Below are positions 44,442 through 57,059 of a stretch of DNA of 64,000 nucleotides, piece by piece. Source of the stretch: Eledone cirrhosa (taxonomy: Eukaryota); the NCBI GenBank assembly GCA_964016885.1, contig OZ024742.1:265546001-265610000 (forward strand), read 5' to 3'. Position 1 is the stretch's first letter. Each line of letters begins with the position of its first letter. The translations under genes and the position numbers were made by a program. Below the pieces are notes generated by a model. That model made no database searches. It saw only the letters and a list, made by a program, of their open reading frames with translations, and was not told the origin of the DNA.

Positions 44442-46045
44442 TGGTCTGTTCAGACGCTTTTTGCTGGCTCCCAGTAAGTCGCTTTATTTGCCTGTTAAAA
44501 TTATTTGTTGTTAAATATTTCTTGTTGTGTGACAGCGGCGTAAAAGTTGAGAGGGGGGTTAATGAAATTCATACAACAGACATCACTACAAACAACTTGA
44601 ACAAAGACAACACAGAAAACACTAATTTTCAAAACATTACCATACCAACTACAACAATAACAGCGTCAACCAAAATACAGAAAACAGAAAAAAATGACAA
44701 CAAATACAACAACGATATTAACATCACTAACAAGAAAATAAACAACGACAACACCAACAGCAACAATACAAATTGCACCGAAAACAACAACAACGGTGGC
44801 ACCAAAATCACAACCATCTACAACAGTGATAACAGCAACAACACCAACAACACCGTTTGTAGCAGTAGTAATAGCAACAACACCAACAACAAGACCAGTA
44901 GCAGCAGTAGCGGCAGCAATAATGGTGCCGCTGAAAAAGGGGACACTTCTTTCGCAGGTGTGGTCCGAAATATAGAGAAAGTGCTAGTCACGGGAGAGGA
45001 GATGGCAGTCGCAAGAGCCATGGTGTCGAGAAACGACAATAGAGTTTCCCTGAAACCTCTACCCGATTTCTTCAAAGACCAGCAGCTGAGCACGGTGACT
45101 TACCGCACCGTAAGCAAAATGTCACATTGGGTGGAGAGAGCGACGGAGGCTCAAATCCCAAAGGCCTTGGGGTGCGTCTGGGCGCGCAAAACCCACATCA
45201 CCCGAGGCAAAGAGTACGCCACAGTAGACGTATTTTCGCCACCACCCAAGAGGCGAAGTCTCACTCTTTGGAAACACTAAAGAGTGAGGAGATAGTCTTG
45301 GTGCCCTCCTACTGCGAGCAGAAAATTGTGAGGGTCAAAGTGACCCAGGTCCCGCCCGACGTGCCCATATATTGGCTGGCCGCGTCTGTACTGGCTGGAA
45401 TCGAAGAGAAGACTACCATACTGCAAATACAGAGAATGGGAAGAGAGAACTGGTCAGGAATAGGCATGCAAATGCTAATACAGACTGACAGGAGTGCATT
45501 GAGGCCATCCCAGAATTATATAGACCTCGAAGAATGGCTCCAACTCCCTATAAGCGTGGAAGGAAGGCGCCCAAAGTGCTATTTCTGTGGGCAGAAGGAT
45601 CACCTCAGGGCCTTCTGTTCGCAGAAGACAGACAAATTTTACTTGAAGAGGAAAATCAGGGTGGAGAGGCAAGTGCTGTCTTCTAGTAAGTTTGTTGAAA
45701 GGTGGGTGAAAGTGGTGAGTCTGGTCCGAGTGAACGGGCCCGCTCTGATTATATGCGCCTGTAGACTGAGGAGTGGGAAAAGTGAGAGAGGGCGCTTGCC
45801 CTGGTGGTTAGGGTGGCCGTGATCTTTTTGTGTGGTTTTCGCCACGAATGACCCTCGGAGGTTCACCCTTTTTGGGGAATTTTTGTTGTTTGAATTTTTT
45901 GGATTTCTAGCCCAATTTTGTTAGAACCTGTTTACACGACCAAAACCCACTTTGTATCCTCCTGTACTGTTCTGTGCCGTCTCTAATGTTTTTATTCGTG
46001 TCAGCCCTTGTGGCCAATAAAGAAACCATTATTATTATTATTATT
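44442..46045 (+). mobile_element. Internally deleted Tx1/L1-like non-LTR element (ORF1 plus ORF2 C-terminus plus 3'UTR)
   Basis: Zinc knuckle CYFCGQKDHLRAFC (CX2CX4HX4C) joined to FYLKRKIRVERQVLSSSKFVERW; ends CTTGTGGCCAATAAA then (ATT)n. Confidence 0.75.
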
Positions 46046-46156
46046 AACTTTGCCTTTCATCCTTACGGGGTCGATAAAATAAAGTACCAGTAATGTACTG
46101 GGTAATTGCTGGCCTTGTGCCTAAAAGTAGAAACAATTATTATTATTATTATTATT
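46046..46156 (+). mobile_element. Main SINE, 3' half
   Basis: Matches 44336-44441. Confidence 0.9.
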
Positions 46157-46801
46157 CCTTGAATCTCAGTCATTGATGTTGGTTAACTGGAAAGTCCGTT
46201 GGAATGAATATCAAGCCACTACCTGCAGCCTCAGATATTCAGGACGTATCGGAGGGTTCTTGCTGTTCCCAGCAAGCATGCCTTTTGAAGCGTTCCAAAA
46301 AGCGTGAAGGGGCCGATTTTCTTTAACCATCCCTGGAAACTTTTGGAGATAGTCCCCAGTGCGCCTATGACAATCGGGATCACTTTGACTTCATGGCAGT
46401 TCCAAATCCTTTTTACCTCCCACTTTAATTCTTGGTATCGGTTAATTTTCTCCCTCTCCTTCTCTTGCACTCTCGTGTCGAATGGGCAGGCCACATCCAC
46501 AATCAGACACGCTCTTTTTTCTTTGTCCACAACCACCAGGTCAGGTCTATTGTGTTCCAGTTTCTTGTCCGTCTGTATCCTAAAATCCCACAGCACCTTC
46601 ACCTGATCGTTCTCCATCACCGCCTCTGGCCTATGCTCATACCATTTCTCAGAATGTGGTAAATTGTTTACTTTGCACAGGTGCCAGTGGATCACCCTGC
46701 CCATCACATCATGTCTCCAGCCCTTATACTGGGTCTGGGCTAGGTGTTTACACTCGGATACAATGTGAGCCACAGTCTCCTCTCTCTCTCCACAGATCCT
46801 G

Positions 46802-46802
<1 letters not shown>
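46157..46802 (-). mobile_element. Dong/R4-clade LINE 3' fragment with open RLE domain (ORF 46231-46773)
   Basis: HIVSECKHLAQ..RHD..WDFRIQTDKKLEHNRPDLVVVDK..LIVDVACP..EKINRYQEL..IPIVIGALG; (TAA)n on both sides. Confidence 0.92.
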
Positions 46803-46880
<78 letters not shown>

Positions 46881-46901
46881 GTTATTATTATTATTATTAT
46901 T

Positions 46902-47270
46902 ATACATTGGGAGGGTCATGTTGCCAATAAAACACCCGCATCTGTTGGTTTTCACTTCAATTTATTATAAATTTCCTGTTGGGTGTTTCAATAACCGGAT
47001 AATAGTTTATATACTGTGAAACCTCTTTCGTCACACATTCTGTGATCTCCTCAGTGACCTATTTCTTATTGTGTGTCTCTCATTTGTTCTGTCCTACACC
47101 ATCTTGTTTTTGTGTGTTGTGTTCTGTGTGCTTGGTTTGCGCATGCGTTACGTTTGTGTGTGGGTATGAGTGTATGTTTGTTTATTTATTTATTTATTTA
47201 TGTGTTTATTTACATGTCATTAGTTGGTTGTTTGTTCTATCTGTGTGTGTGTTTGGTTTCAACGTCGCTT
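46902..47270 (-). mobile_element. Solo 3'UTR/pLTR of the 51-55 kb Penelope family, with diverged HHR at 47016-47058
   Basis: GGGAGGGTCATGTTGCCAATAA terminus; minus strand CTGAGGA-g-ATCACA gaatg TGTGAC-GAAA. Confidence 0.8.
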
Positions 47271-47999
47271 AGCAACCGGGATTATGTATGTCCTGTAACT
47301 TAGTGGTTCAATAATTAGAGATCGATTAGCTTGTGTCCAGCCGTTCGAGCGAAGTCAAGTTGAGTGCAGTCATTTTGACCGAAGTGATTTTGAGCAAATA
47401 TCTAGAACTATTTTAGTTAATGTGTCCTTCCTTTTTAAATCTCCCTTCATTCAAATGCAACTTAAATGGCGAAGAAAAGTCTTCCTCGTTGAAACGAACT
47501 TCGTGATCTAGCTTTTGTATTGAGAGATGCAAGCAGCTACTCAGAGACAGTGAAGATTGGATTGGAAGAAAACTGGTACTGCCACTGCCGAGTGCTTTTA
47601 TATATGACATTACTGTCATAGGAGAACAAAAGGGGGAGAAACCTTATTTGGATGAGTTATTCTAGCAATTACAACACTATACCAAAGCATTTAGATTAAG
47701 GTCATTATGAGACAGACATTAAGTACCATTGATTATTAAAGTCAATATGAGGCAGATTAACTGCTATAGGCTATCAGATGGTAGTTATGTAATCTCATTT
47801 GACTATGAGCTGTGAGATGATTCGTACGACCCGTTTATGATTTACATGGTCAAAAGGGCACTTAACGAACAAATGTAGCATCTCTACAGAGTGGTTATGT
47901 GCACATGTGGAATTAAATTATTGTGCATATGTCTTTGTAGTTGTGGTTTGAACTTAGGTACTTTCCTGCACAATGTATACGTAGTAATATATATATAGA

Positions 48000-48259
48000 G
48001 AGATGTGTGAAAAACCACAGATGTGAGAAAAACCACAGACCCTCCATCTCAACTCTACTTTTGAAAAGCAGAAGAACTGCGAAACCGGTAAAGGAACCAA
48101 ATAAATATATATATTTTTTTTTAAATAGGACTCCAGTTGCATTTTCGATTTCATCTTTTTTTCTTTATACTTTCACTCGTGTAGGACACCTCGGTTATTT
48201 TTCATTTTGTAAAAAAAAAACTCCTCACTTTCTAATATATAAACCTCACTTTCTAATAT
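48000..48259 (+). mobile_element. Second copy of the ~215 bp U3-A8 HHR element (HHR at 48058-48093)
   Basis: Near-identical to 7244-7459, with short tandem duplications at both ends. Confidence 0.8.
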
Positions 48260-48313
48260 ATATATATATATATGGAGGAGGTTATAGTTCACTTGAAGCA
48301 TTGTGTAATGAGG

Positions 48314-48715
48314 TATAAACGTTTGAATATGTGTAATAAAGCCAAAACAATGCAGGTATGGACAGAGAAAAAAGAATGCAATTGTAAAAGATATTGTTGA
48401 GAATTCGTCCTTTACCTTGAATTTATTTAAATGTCCTTAATTTTCGAGATAATATCTCTTCCTCGGAGGGAAATAAAGGTCTCAAACCAGCGCCTTAAAT
48501 CTCTAGCCAAGCCATGCATGGCTTGGCTAGAGATTTAAGGCGCTGGTTTGAGACCTTTATTTCCCTCCGAGGAAGAGATATTATCTCGAAAATTAAGGAC
48601 ATTTAAATAAATTCAAGGTAAAGGACGAATTCTCAACAATATCTTTTACAATTGCATTCTTTTTTCTATGTCCATACCTGCATTGTTTTGGCTTTATTAC
48701 ACATATTCAAACGCT

Positions 48716-48719
<4 letters not shown>
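48314..48719. repeat. 406 bp spacerless palindrome; each 203 bp arm carries a variant HHR
   Basis: Centre GCCATG|CATGGC at 48516/48517; 2 mismatches seen; HHR at 48564-48598 (+) mirrored at 48435-48469 (-). Confidence 0.95.
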
Positions 48720-48803
<84 letters not shown>

Positions 48804-48974
48804 GTTCGTTAACAAAGACGTTAGTGTTTCGGATTAAATACTTCGTGGTATTTGTCGATGTTTTCAATATATGTGATCTCATGTGCTTAATATAGTCTGC
48901 TTAAAAAAAAGAAAACCGCATAACTACAGGTATCACACTCCCATTTTTTCAAATTGTCAAACATGTTTGAAATA

Positions 48975-49178
48975 ATGATTTTGGATTTAGGCACAAGGCC
49001 AGCAGTTTGTGGCGAGGGTAAAAATCATTCATATCAAACCTAGTACTTTACTGGTAATTTATTTTATCGACCCTGGAAGGATGAAAGACAAAGTTGATCT
49101 CAGCGGGATTTGAACTCAAGACGCTGAAAGTAGTAACTAAATTGTTTAAAGCATTTTGTCCGACTCTACCAATCCAAC
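48975..49178 (-). mobile_element. Main SINE, diverged
   Basis: Reverse complement of B-box and central domain. Confidence 0.8.
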
Positions 49179-49641
49179 AGGTTTGAAATAATGATTTCGC
49201 GTAAAGCAAGTTTCAACTCAGTATTTTTAGTTTGTGCATTCTCAAACATATTGTATATTCTATTAACAGAATGACCCCAATCATATCGATTTGCCGTCAG
49301 CACTTCCCAATCTCTCACATTTATCCCTAGGTTTCTTAGGTTGTATGTTATACAGCCTTTGTATCTTTTCTTCTGTATATTCGGCAGGCGTTTCCAATTT
49401 CCAATCCGGAGTAAAAATGTTGTTTTGGGAACCGCTCATTGTTTGTCCGCACAACATACCTTGCCCAAGGCATATGACTGGCGATGATCTGTGATTCAAT
49501 GCTAAGGCAATCAATACATTGTTACTCCTCTTTTGCTGCTGTCAATGTTTACTATCTAATATTGAGTATGCACTTCAAACCTTTTTTATGAAATCTCCCA
49601 AGCAACTTCAAATGTCGATTGTACGTTGTCTAAGTCTCGGG

Positions 49642-49908
49642 TATATACAAAAGGATCGTAAGAAATATATACACTGACCTCAAATCAAGAGGTGATGTCA
49701 CGAACTGAACGCACCATATTTTCTGGCTTTCGAATTGAATCTTTGTGAATGATATCAGATCTTACATCTTGGGAATGCTTTGCCTGGAGATGGGTCCTTA
49801 GACGCTGAAATCCATCAACGAATACGAAAGCCAGAAAATATGGTACGTTCAGTTCGTGGCGTCACCTTTTGAATTGAGGTCAGTGTACATGCGGTCCTTT
49901 TGTATATA
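49642..49908. mobile_element. MITE-like element with ~85 bp imperfect TIRs and TA ends
   Basis: TACAAAAGGA..TACACTGACCTCAA..CCATATTTTCTGGCTTTCG mirrored by CGAAAGCCAGAAAATATGG..TTGAGGTCAGTGTA..TCCTTTTGTA. Confidence 0.8.
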
Positions 49909-50690
49909 TCTGAATAAGGTAAAAGTATTGTCCACTATTAAACCAGACGAGAAAATAAAATGAAAGCTAGAGTACGGCGCTTTATTAACTCCATTGTCTA
50001 AAGCAATTTCGCCAGAAAGTTACATGTTGAATGTAATCTAAGCCTTCACGTTGTGATTTAGTCTGCAAAACTGGTGCACCCATCTTCCCTTGATACCCTA
50101 CCCATGTGCTTATGTTTGCCTAATGATTAACCCAACCATCAATGACATCGAACTATTTTCGAAAAGTTTTTTTTTTTGTTTTTTTTTTTGTTTTTTTGAG
50201 GTTCTAAGAAATTTAATTTTGACCTACATGGCGTGTCCCAAATATATTCACTAGGCTAGCTTGATTGGGATGACTGTTAAGTTCCTACAAAGGTAACCAT
50301 ACTGCAGTGAATTACATGTTAACAATAGCACCCAGAGCGACATAACATAATATCCTTACGCATAGATACTTATATAGGTGCACACATAAATAAAGATTGT
50401 GCATACACATTTATATGGGTGTTAGATGCTTACCCACATGGATATCATGTATACTGGTGTCTATGGAAAACTCAAAATGCAAAGAGCTGACAGAAATACT
50501 GGAAGGATTTAAGTCAAAAACTTTAGCAATCCTACTAATGCACTGCCTTGGAATGATATTTTATTTACCAACCTTAAAAGGATGAAAGGTAAAGTTGTCC
50601 TCGGTTAGATTTGAAATCAGAGTACAAAGAGCTAGAACAAATACCACGAGGTATTTAATCCGAAACACTAACGTCTTTGTCAATGAACCA

Positions 50691-50757
<67 letters not shown>

Positions 50758-50808
50758 ATGTACGTACTTAAATTAGATAAATACATAAATACATACAAAC
50801 ATCCATGC

Positions 50809-50842
<34 letters not shown>

Positions 50843-51023
50843 TATACATACATGCATACGAGCATACATGTTATGCTTAACAGTGTATATGTGTGTGTGT
50901 GTGTATGTGTATGCCTGTGTGTGTTTGTATGTGTGTAAATGTAGGGATTTGTCTAGATATACGTAAATATATATGCATGTGTATGAGTATGTATATGTAT
51001 TTATATATATATATATATATATA

Positions 51024-52957
51024 TATTGTTATACTTTGGGAGGGTCATGTTGCGAATAAGAAACACACGCACCAGTTGTTTTCACTCCAATTTATTATAA
51101 ATTAATTTTTTTTTTTTTTTTTAATTTATAAATGTCCGGTTGGTTGGTTGATTCCACAACCGGACGGTTGTTCATATATTGTCAAAGTTCTTTCGCCACA
51201 CATTATGTGACCTCTTCAGTGACTGGTGATTCTTTTCTTTGTTTTGTGCCTCTTCTTTGTTCTGTCCTACGCCATCTTGTTTTTGTGTTGTGTACTTAGT
51301 TTGCGCATGTCTTACATCCGGGTGTCTGTGTGTGTTTTTATTTGTTTATTTATTTGTTTATTTACATGTTACTGGTGGTTGTTTGTTCTATGTGTGTGTG
51401 TTTTCATTTTGTCCTTAATTGTAAGTTGTGATGTTGCTATTCCATTCATGATTTCTATTTAATTTTGTTTGGAGTTCATTTATGTTTATTGCCTCTGTGA
51501 TTTGTCTAAACATTGCGTCTTTTCTGTGTGTAGATTTTATTTTTATTTCTATGTCCTCTAATTTGCCCTTATGTTTTATTTTAGCATGTTGGTGGAGTAT
51601 TGATGATTCTTTTCTATCTTGAAGCTCTCGCCTGTGTTCATTTAACCGTTCTCCTATACTACGAACTGTCTCACCAATGTACACTATATTCTTATCTTTA
51701 CACTGTTCTTCAGTACATCTTATGCTATATACTATGTTTCTAATTTTAGAGTTAGTATGGGGGCTTAGTTTACAGATTATGCATTGCTTATCTATACAGG
51801 GAGGTCTTTGAAAAGGGTATGTATTACTAATAAGTGTTTTTATGGTTTTTCTACTATCTTAATATTAAGTTTAAGTTTATCTAGGGCTCTTCTAAATTTG
51901 TAAGCTAATTCACCTCTAGGGGTTGTATTGATGAATATTACACTCTGGTATTTATTGCTATCATACCATGAGTTTATTCTATTAACCTTATTCCTAGTTC
52001 TTTCTATTCTATTCCAAAATTTGCTCCTATACAAGGGGGAGGTCCCATTTGTATCATTATTTACCATTGTTTCCCATTTGGTTCTGGCTCCTCTATATAC
52101 TCTGATTTTATCTCTCTGATTGTAGCCAGGGAACTGCATACGGTGGATGAAGTGTTGTGTGTGTCTCTCTAGTTCTTTGGGGGGGGGTTGCAAATGCGGC
52201 ACACGTTTCTCATCACACGTACTAAATCCGCAATCAGTATGCTGATTTTTGTGTGATCTGAAACAGCTGAGTTTCGGTGGATCAGATATTTGGAAGTCAT
52301 GGGTTTGGCATAATGGGAATGGAGGATTTGTTTTTTGTTATTAATGGTTTCTAACCAGAGCTCTGTGTCTAGTACAGGTAATCGATGGTTGGGGTGTTTG
52401 CTTGGGTAGTCTATAGTAACTCTAATACTCAGGTGGATGGAGTTAGCTATTTGCTGGATGCTTTCCATCGTATTTTTCTCTAATTCCTGACTGTTATCTA
52501 GTGTGGGGGGGGGGGGGGGGGGGGTTACTACGATGTTTATATGATCAACGTAGCGAGAGTACATTATCAGGGTTAAGAGGTTGCTGTCTTTTAATTGTTC
52601 TTTAAGTTTATTGTCCCACCATACCATGAATAGGTTAGCTATGTCACCTGCAGTGCTAACACCAATGGCTGCTCCCTCCTCTTGGGCATATGTTTTTCCA
52701 TTAAATTTGAACATATGTTCCTTAAGGGTTAGTTTTATACTGGCCCCCACCGCATGTGCAATCATTTTCTTTAGTTCATCGTGGTTTTCGGGGGTCCGTA
52801 TGGCTATGGTCCACCCGTTCCATCTATCTGTGTGGGTTTTCTTGGCCATTGAGGTAATAGTAGGTGGTCTGCCTCTTGCTGGTCTTGTGGGGCAGAGGTT
52901 GCTAAGGTCATACTTATCTAGATAATCATTACAATAATTAAGTACGTAAGTAAGTTT
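51024..52957 (-). mobile_element. Penelope-like element, left arm of head-to-head dimer (partial RT, GIY-YIG, pLTR)
   Basis: QEEGAAIG..GDIANLFMVWWD, SRYVDHIN, RLPVLD, YIGETVRSIGERLNEH; frameshifted. Confidence 0.92.
51181..51223 (-). ncRNA. Minimal type I hammerhead ribozyme
   Basis: Minus strand GTCA-CTGAAGA-g-GTCACA taatg TGTGGC-GAAA-GAAC-TT-TGAC. Confidence 0.82.
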
Positions 52958-54863
52958 AAACTTACTTATAGTAATGATTATCTAGATACGTATGACCTTA
53001 GCAACCTCTGCCCCACAAGACCAGCAAGAGGCAGACCACCTACCATCACCTCAATGGCCAATAAAACCCGCACAGATAGATGGAACGGGTGGACCAGAGC
53101 CATACGGACCCCCGAAAACCATGATGAACTAAAGAAAATGATTGCACATGCGGTGGGTCCAGTATAAAACTAACACTTAAGGAACATATGTTCAAATTTA
53201 ATGGAAAAACATATGCCCAAGAGGAGGGAGCAGCCATTGGTGTTAGCATTGCAGGTGACATAGCTAACCTATTCATGGTATGGTGGGACAAGAAACATAA
53301 AGAACAACAACAACAAACAACAATTAGAAGACAGCAACCTCTTAACCCTGATAATGTACTTTCGCTACGTTGATGATATAAACATCGTAGTAAAAACACC
53401 CCACTAGATAACAGTCAGGAATTGCAGAAAAACACCATGGAAAGCATCCAGCAAATAGCTAGCTCCATCCACCAGAGTATTAGAGTTACCCAAGCAAACA
53501 CCCCAACCATCGATTACCTGTACTAGACACAGAGCTCCGGTTAGAAACCATTAATAACAAAAAACAAATCCTCCATTCCCATTATGCCAAACCCATGACT
53601 TCCAAATATCTGATCCACCGAAACTCAGCTGTTTCAGATCACACAAAAATCAACATACTGATTGCGGATTTAGTATGGGTGATGAGAAACGTGTCCCGCA
53701 TGTTCAACCCCAAAGAACTAGAGAGACACATACAACACTTCATCCACCGTATGCAGTTCTCTGGTTACAATGAGAGAGATAAAATCAGAGTGTATAGAGG
53801 AGCCAGAACCAAATGGGAAAAAATGTTAAATAATTATACAAAAGGAACCTGCCGCTTGTATAGGAGCAAATTTTGGAATAGAATAGAAAGAACTAGGAAT
53901 AAAGTTAATAGAATAAACTCATGGTATGATAGCAATAAATACCAGAGTGTAATATTCATCAATACAACCCCTAGAGGTGAATTAGCTTACAAATTTAGAA
54001 GAGCCCTAGATAAACTTAAACTTAATATTAAGATAGTAGAAAGACCAGGTACCTCCATAAAAACACTTATTAGTAATACATACCCTTTTCAAAGACCGCC
54101 CTGTATAGATAAGAAATGCATAATCTGTAAACTAAGCCCCTATATTAACTGTAAAACTAGAAACATAGTATATGGCATAAGATGTACTGAAGGACAATGT
54201 ACAGATAAGAATATAGTGTACATAGGTGAGACAGTTCGTAGTATAGGAGAATGGTTAAATGAACATCGGCGAGAGCTTCAAGATAGACAAGAATCATCTA
54301 TACTCCACCAACATGCTAAAATAGAACATAAGGGCAAATTAGAGAACATAGAAATAAAAATAAAATCTACACACAGAAAAGACGCAAGGTTTAGACAAAT
54401 CACAGAGGCAATAAACATAAAAGAATTACAACCAAAATTAAATAGAAAATATGAATGGAATAGCAACATCACAGTTACAATTAAGGACAAAATGAAAACA
54501 CACACACATAGAACAAACAACCAACCAGTAACATGTAAATAAGCAAATAAAAACACACACAGACACCCGAATGTAACACATGCGCAAACTAAGCACACAA
54601 CACACACAAAAACAAGATGGCGTAGGACAGAACAAAGTAGAGGCACAGAACAAAGAAAAGAATCCCCAGTCACTGAAGAGGTCACAGAATGTATGACGAA
54701 AGAACTTTGACAACATATGAACAACCGTCCGGTTGTGGCACCAACCAACCGGAAATTTACAAATTTTTTTTTTAAATTGTTTTAATTTATAATAAATTGG
54801 AGTGAAAGCAACTGGTGCGTGTGTTTCTTATTGGCAACATGACCCTCCCTAAGTATAACAATA
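52958..54863 (+). mobile_element. Penelope-like element, right arm of head-to-head dimer
   Basis: Reverse complement of the left arm; ORF 53595-54542 has CIDKKCIIC and VYGIRC..YIGETVRS (GIY-YIG); RT YVDD motif upstream. Confidence 0.92.
54669..54711 (+). ncRNA. Minimal type I hammerhead ribozyme
   Basis: GTCA-CTGAAGA-g-GTCA cagaatgta TGAC-GAAA-GAAC-TT-TGAC. Confidence 0.82.
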
Positions 54864-54995
54864 TCGGTTTCAACACACGTTTTCAGAAAAAGAATCTTGC
54901 TAAACAAATTCAGAAACGAAATATATATATATATATTCATATATATATATGCATACACCCACGCATGTGCACACACACGCACACGCACACATACA

Positions 54996-55056
<61 letters not shown>

Positions 55057-55550
55057 TCGATACTTAATTGTGTGTTTTGTGTGACGATGTTGCGGTGTTT
55101 ACACCCTCTACCGGTCTCACACACCAGTTGTAATAACAATAACACGTGGAATAACGGATTCTCTACGTGTTCGCTTCATTTCTTGGAAATAGCAGCCAAA
55201 ATTCTCTCAAATCGTACTCCAAAGTTATAAGGAAATCTATAGTAGATGATGTAGTCGTAGATGCAGTGTTTAACTGAAAGGTGAGATAGTCACGACTGAG
55301 ATATATTTGATCATAGACTACCAGATTAACACGGAGCAAAGCTTAAATAGCAAAACAGTTTGCTAGAAATAGCAACTAATACTCTCCCCAATTACACTTT
55401 ATCACCCCGAAAATTATTTCTTCAGTCAGATCTTGTCTTACCTATAAGTTAAATAAGCTATAGTTTGGGCTACACACCCGCGGGTCCACTTTTAAAAAAT
55501 GTACTTTTATTTTATCATTAGCTTTTATTCTTTAACGCTAAATCATGAAA

Positions 55551-55592
<42 letters not shown>

Positions 55593-55631
55593 ACACATAC
55601 ACACACACACGCAACCACACACACACATACG

Positions 55632-55672
<41 letters not shown>

Positions 55673-55700
55673 TGTTTATCATTAACATTAATATAAAAAA

Positions 55701-55879
55701 AATAATTGTTTCTACGTTAGGCACAAGACCAGCACTACCCAGTGCATTACTGGTACTTTATTTTATCGACCCCGTAAGGATGAAAGGCAAAGTTAACTTT
55801 GGCGGGATTTGAACTCAGAATGGCAAGGGCCGTAACTCTCTACGTTAAAGCATGGCGTCCGACCCTCTACCAATACTGC
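55701..55879 (-). mobile_element. Main SINE
   Basis: Reverse complement of the family sequence. Confidence 0.9.
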
Positions 55880-56852
55880 GAAAATAATAATCATGATGAT
55901 TATTTAAAATTATTTTACCGGATTTTTTTTAGAGAAGCGCCTCAAAATTCATCTAACTTAATCAGGCTTAGTCCACAGCACAATACTAAATAAACACTTA
56001 TAACACACACCAATCACAAACAAAAATAATCTTGTGTCTCGAATAATGACCCCACCCGCCGCTTATTAATTTTTCAGATTTGTTCAACCATCCCCCTTTA
56101 TATTCCATCCCACTCCCCGTTTATCAAATTTTGCGAAATTTTATTTTAAGTGGTAGCATTCCTGCGACAATTAATTTTCTTTATACATTAAATAACATTA
56201 TACCTGATTGAAAAAGTACATTACTAGAAATCCCATACATTATAGAATAAAGAGCATGGATTGGGGTCTCAATATGTAAATTACGACTAATTCTGCTTTT
56301 TAGAAAGAAATCAAGGGAGATAACCTAGAAAAAATTACCAATATGCCAACCCACCCACCCTTAATCCAACCCACCCACCCTTAATCCAACCCCCACTATT
56401 ATATGGGACCCGAGAATACTCAGCCGATACACGACGCATAAACTCTAACGATCAAAATTCAAATTACAAAGGTAATATTTACACCTGTTTCATTGGTTCC
56501 GCTTAGTATGAAGAAAGTGCAATATTCGGCAACATCACTTCATCCTGCAGATAAGATTATGAAAGTTTAGAAACGTTGATTATTAATTTGGAAATGTAAC
56601 TGTATTAAACAAACGACAATCAACACATACATTAATATGAACAAAAAATTGATAAAACCGGTAAAACTGGAAAACAATCATATATTACATAGAACATAAA
56701 TGAAATAAAATCTGTTCCCCGTACATACATGTGTGTGTATGAATATATATATATATATGTGTGTGTGTTTGTGTGAGTGTGTGTGAGTATGTGGGGGGGT
56801 GCATGTGCGCGTGTGTGTGTACACTCATATGAGCACACACATGCATATAATA

Positions 56853-57058
56853 ATAGTTTCTTATATAGGCACAAGGCCAACAATTTTGGGGGAGGGGAAA
56901 GTCGATAAAATCGACCCCAGTGCGTGACTGATAATTTATTTTATCGACCACGTAAGGATGAAAGGCAAATTTAACCTCGGCGGGATTTGAACTCAGATCA
57001 TAAAGGGCCGTAACTCTATGCTATAAAGCATGGCGTCCGACCCTCTAGTGATACTGCC
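56853..57058 (-). mobile_element. Main SINE, long-tail variant
   Basis: Reverse complement of the family sequence with an extra GGGGTCGATTTTATCGACTTTCCCCTCCCC segment. Confidence 0.9.
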
Positions 57059-57059
57059 T

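Noticed and set aside
51024-54863. Palindrome as a pure sequencing fold-back artefact
   Set aside because: The arms differ by many substitutions and indels, unlike a read chimera
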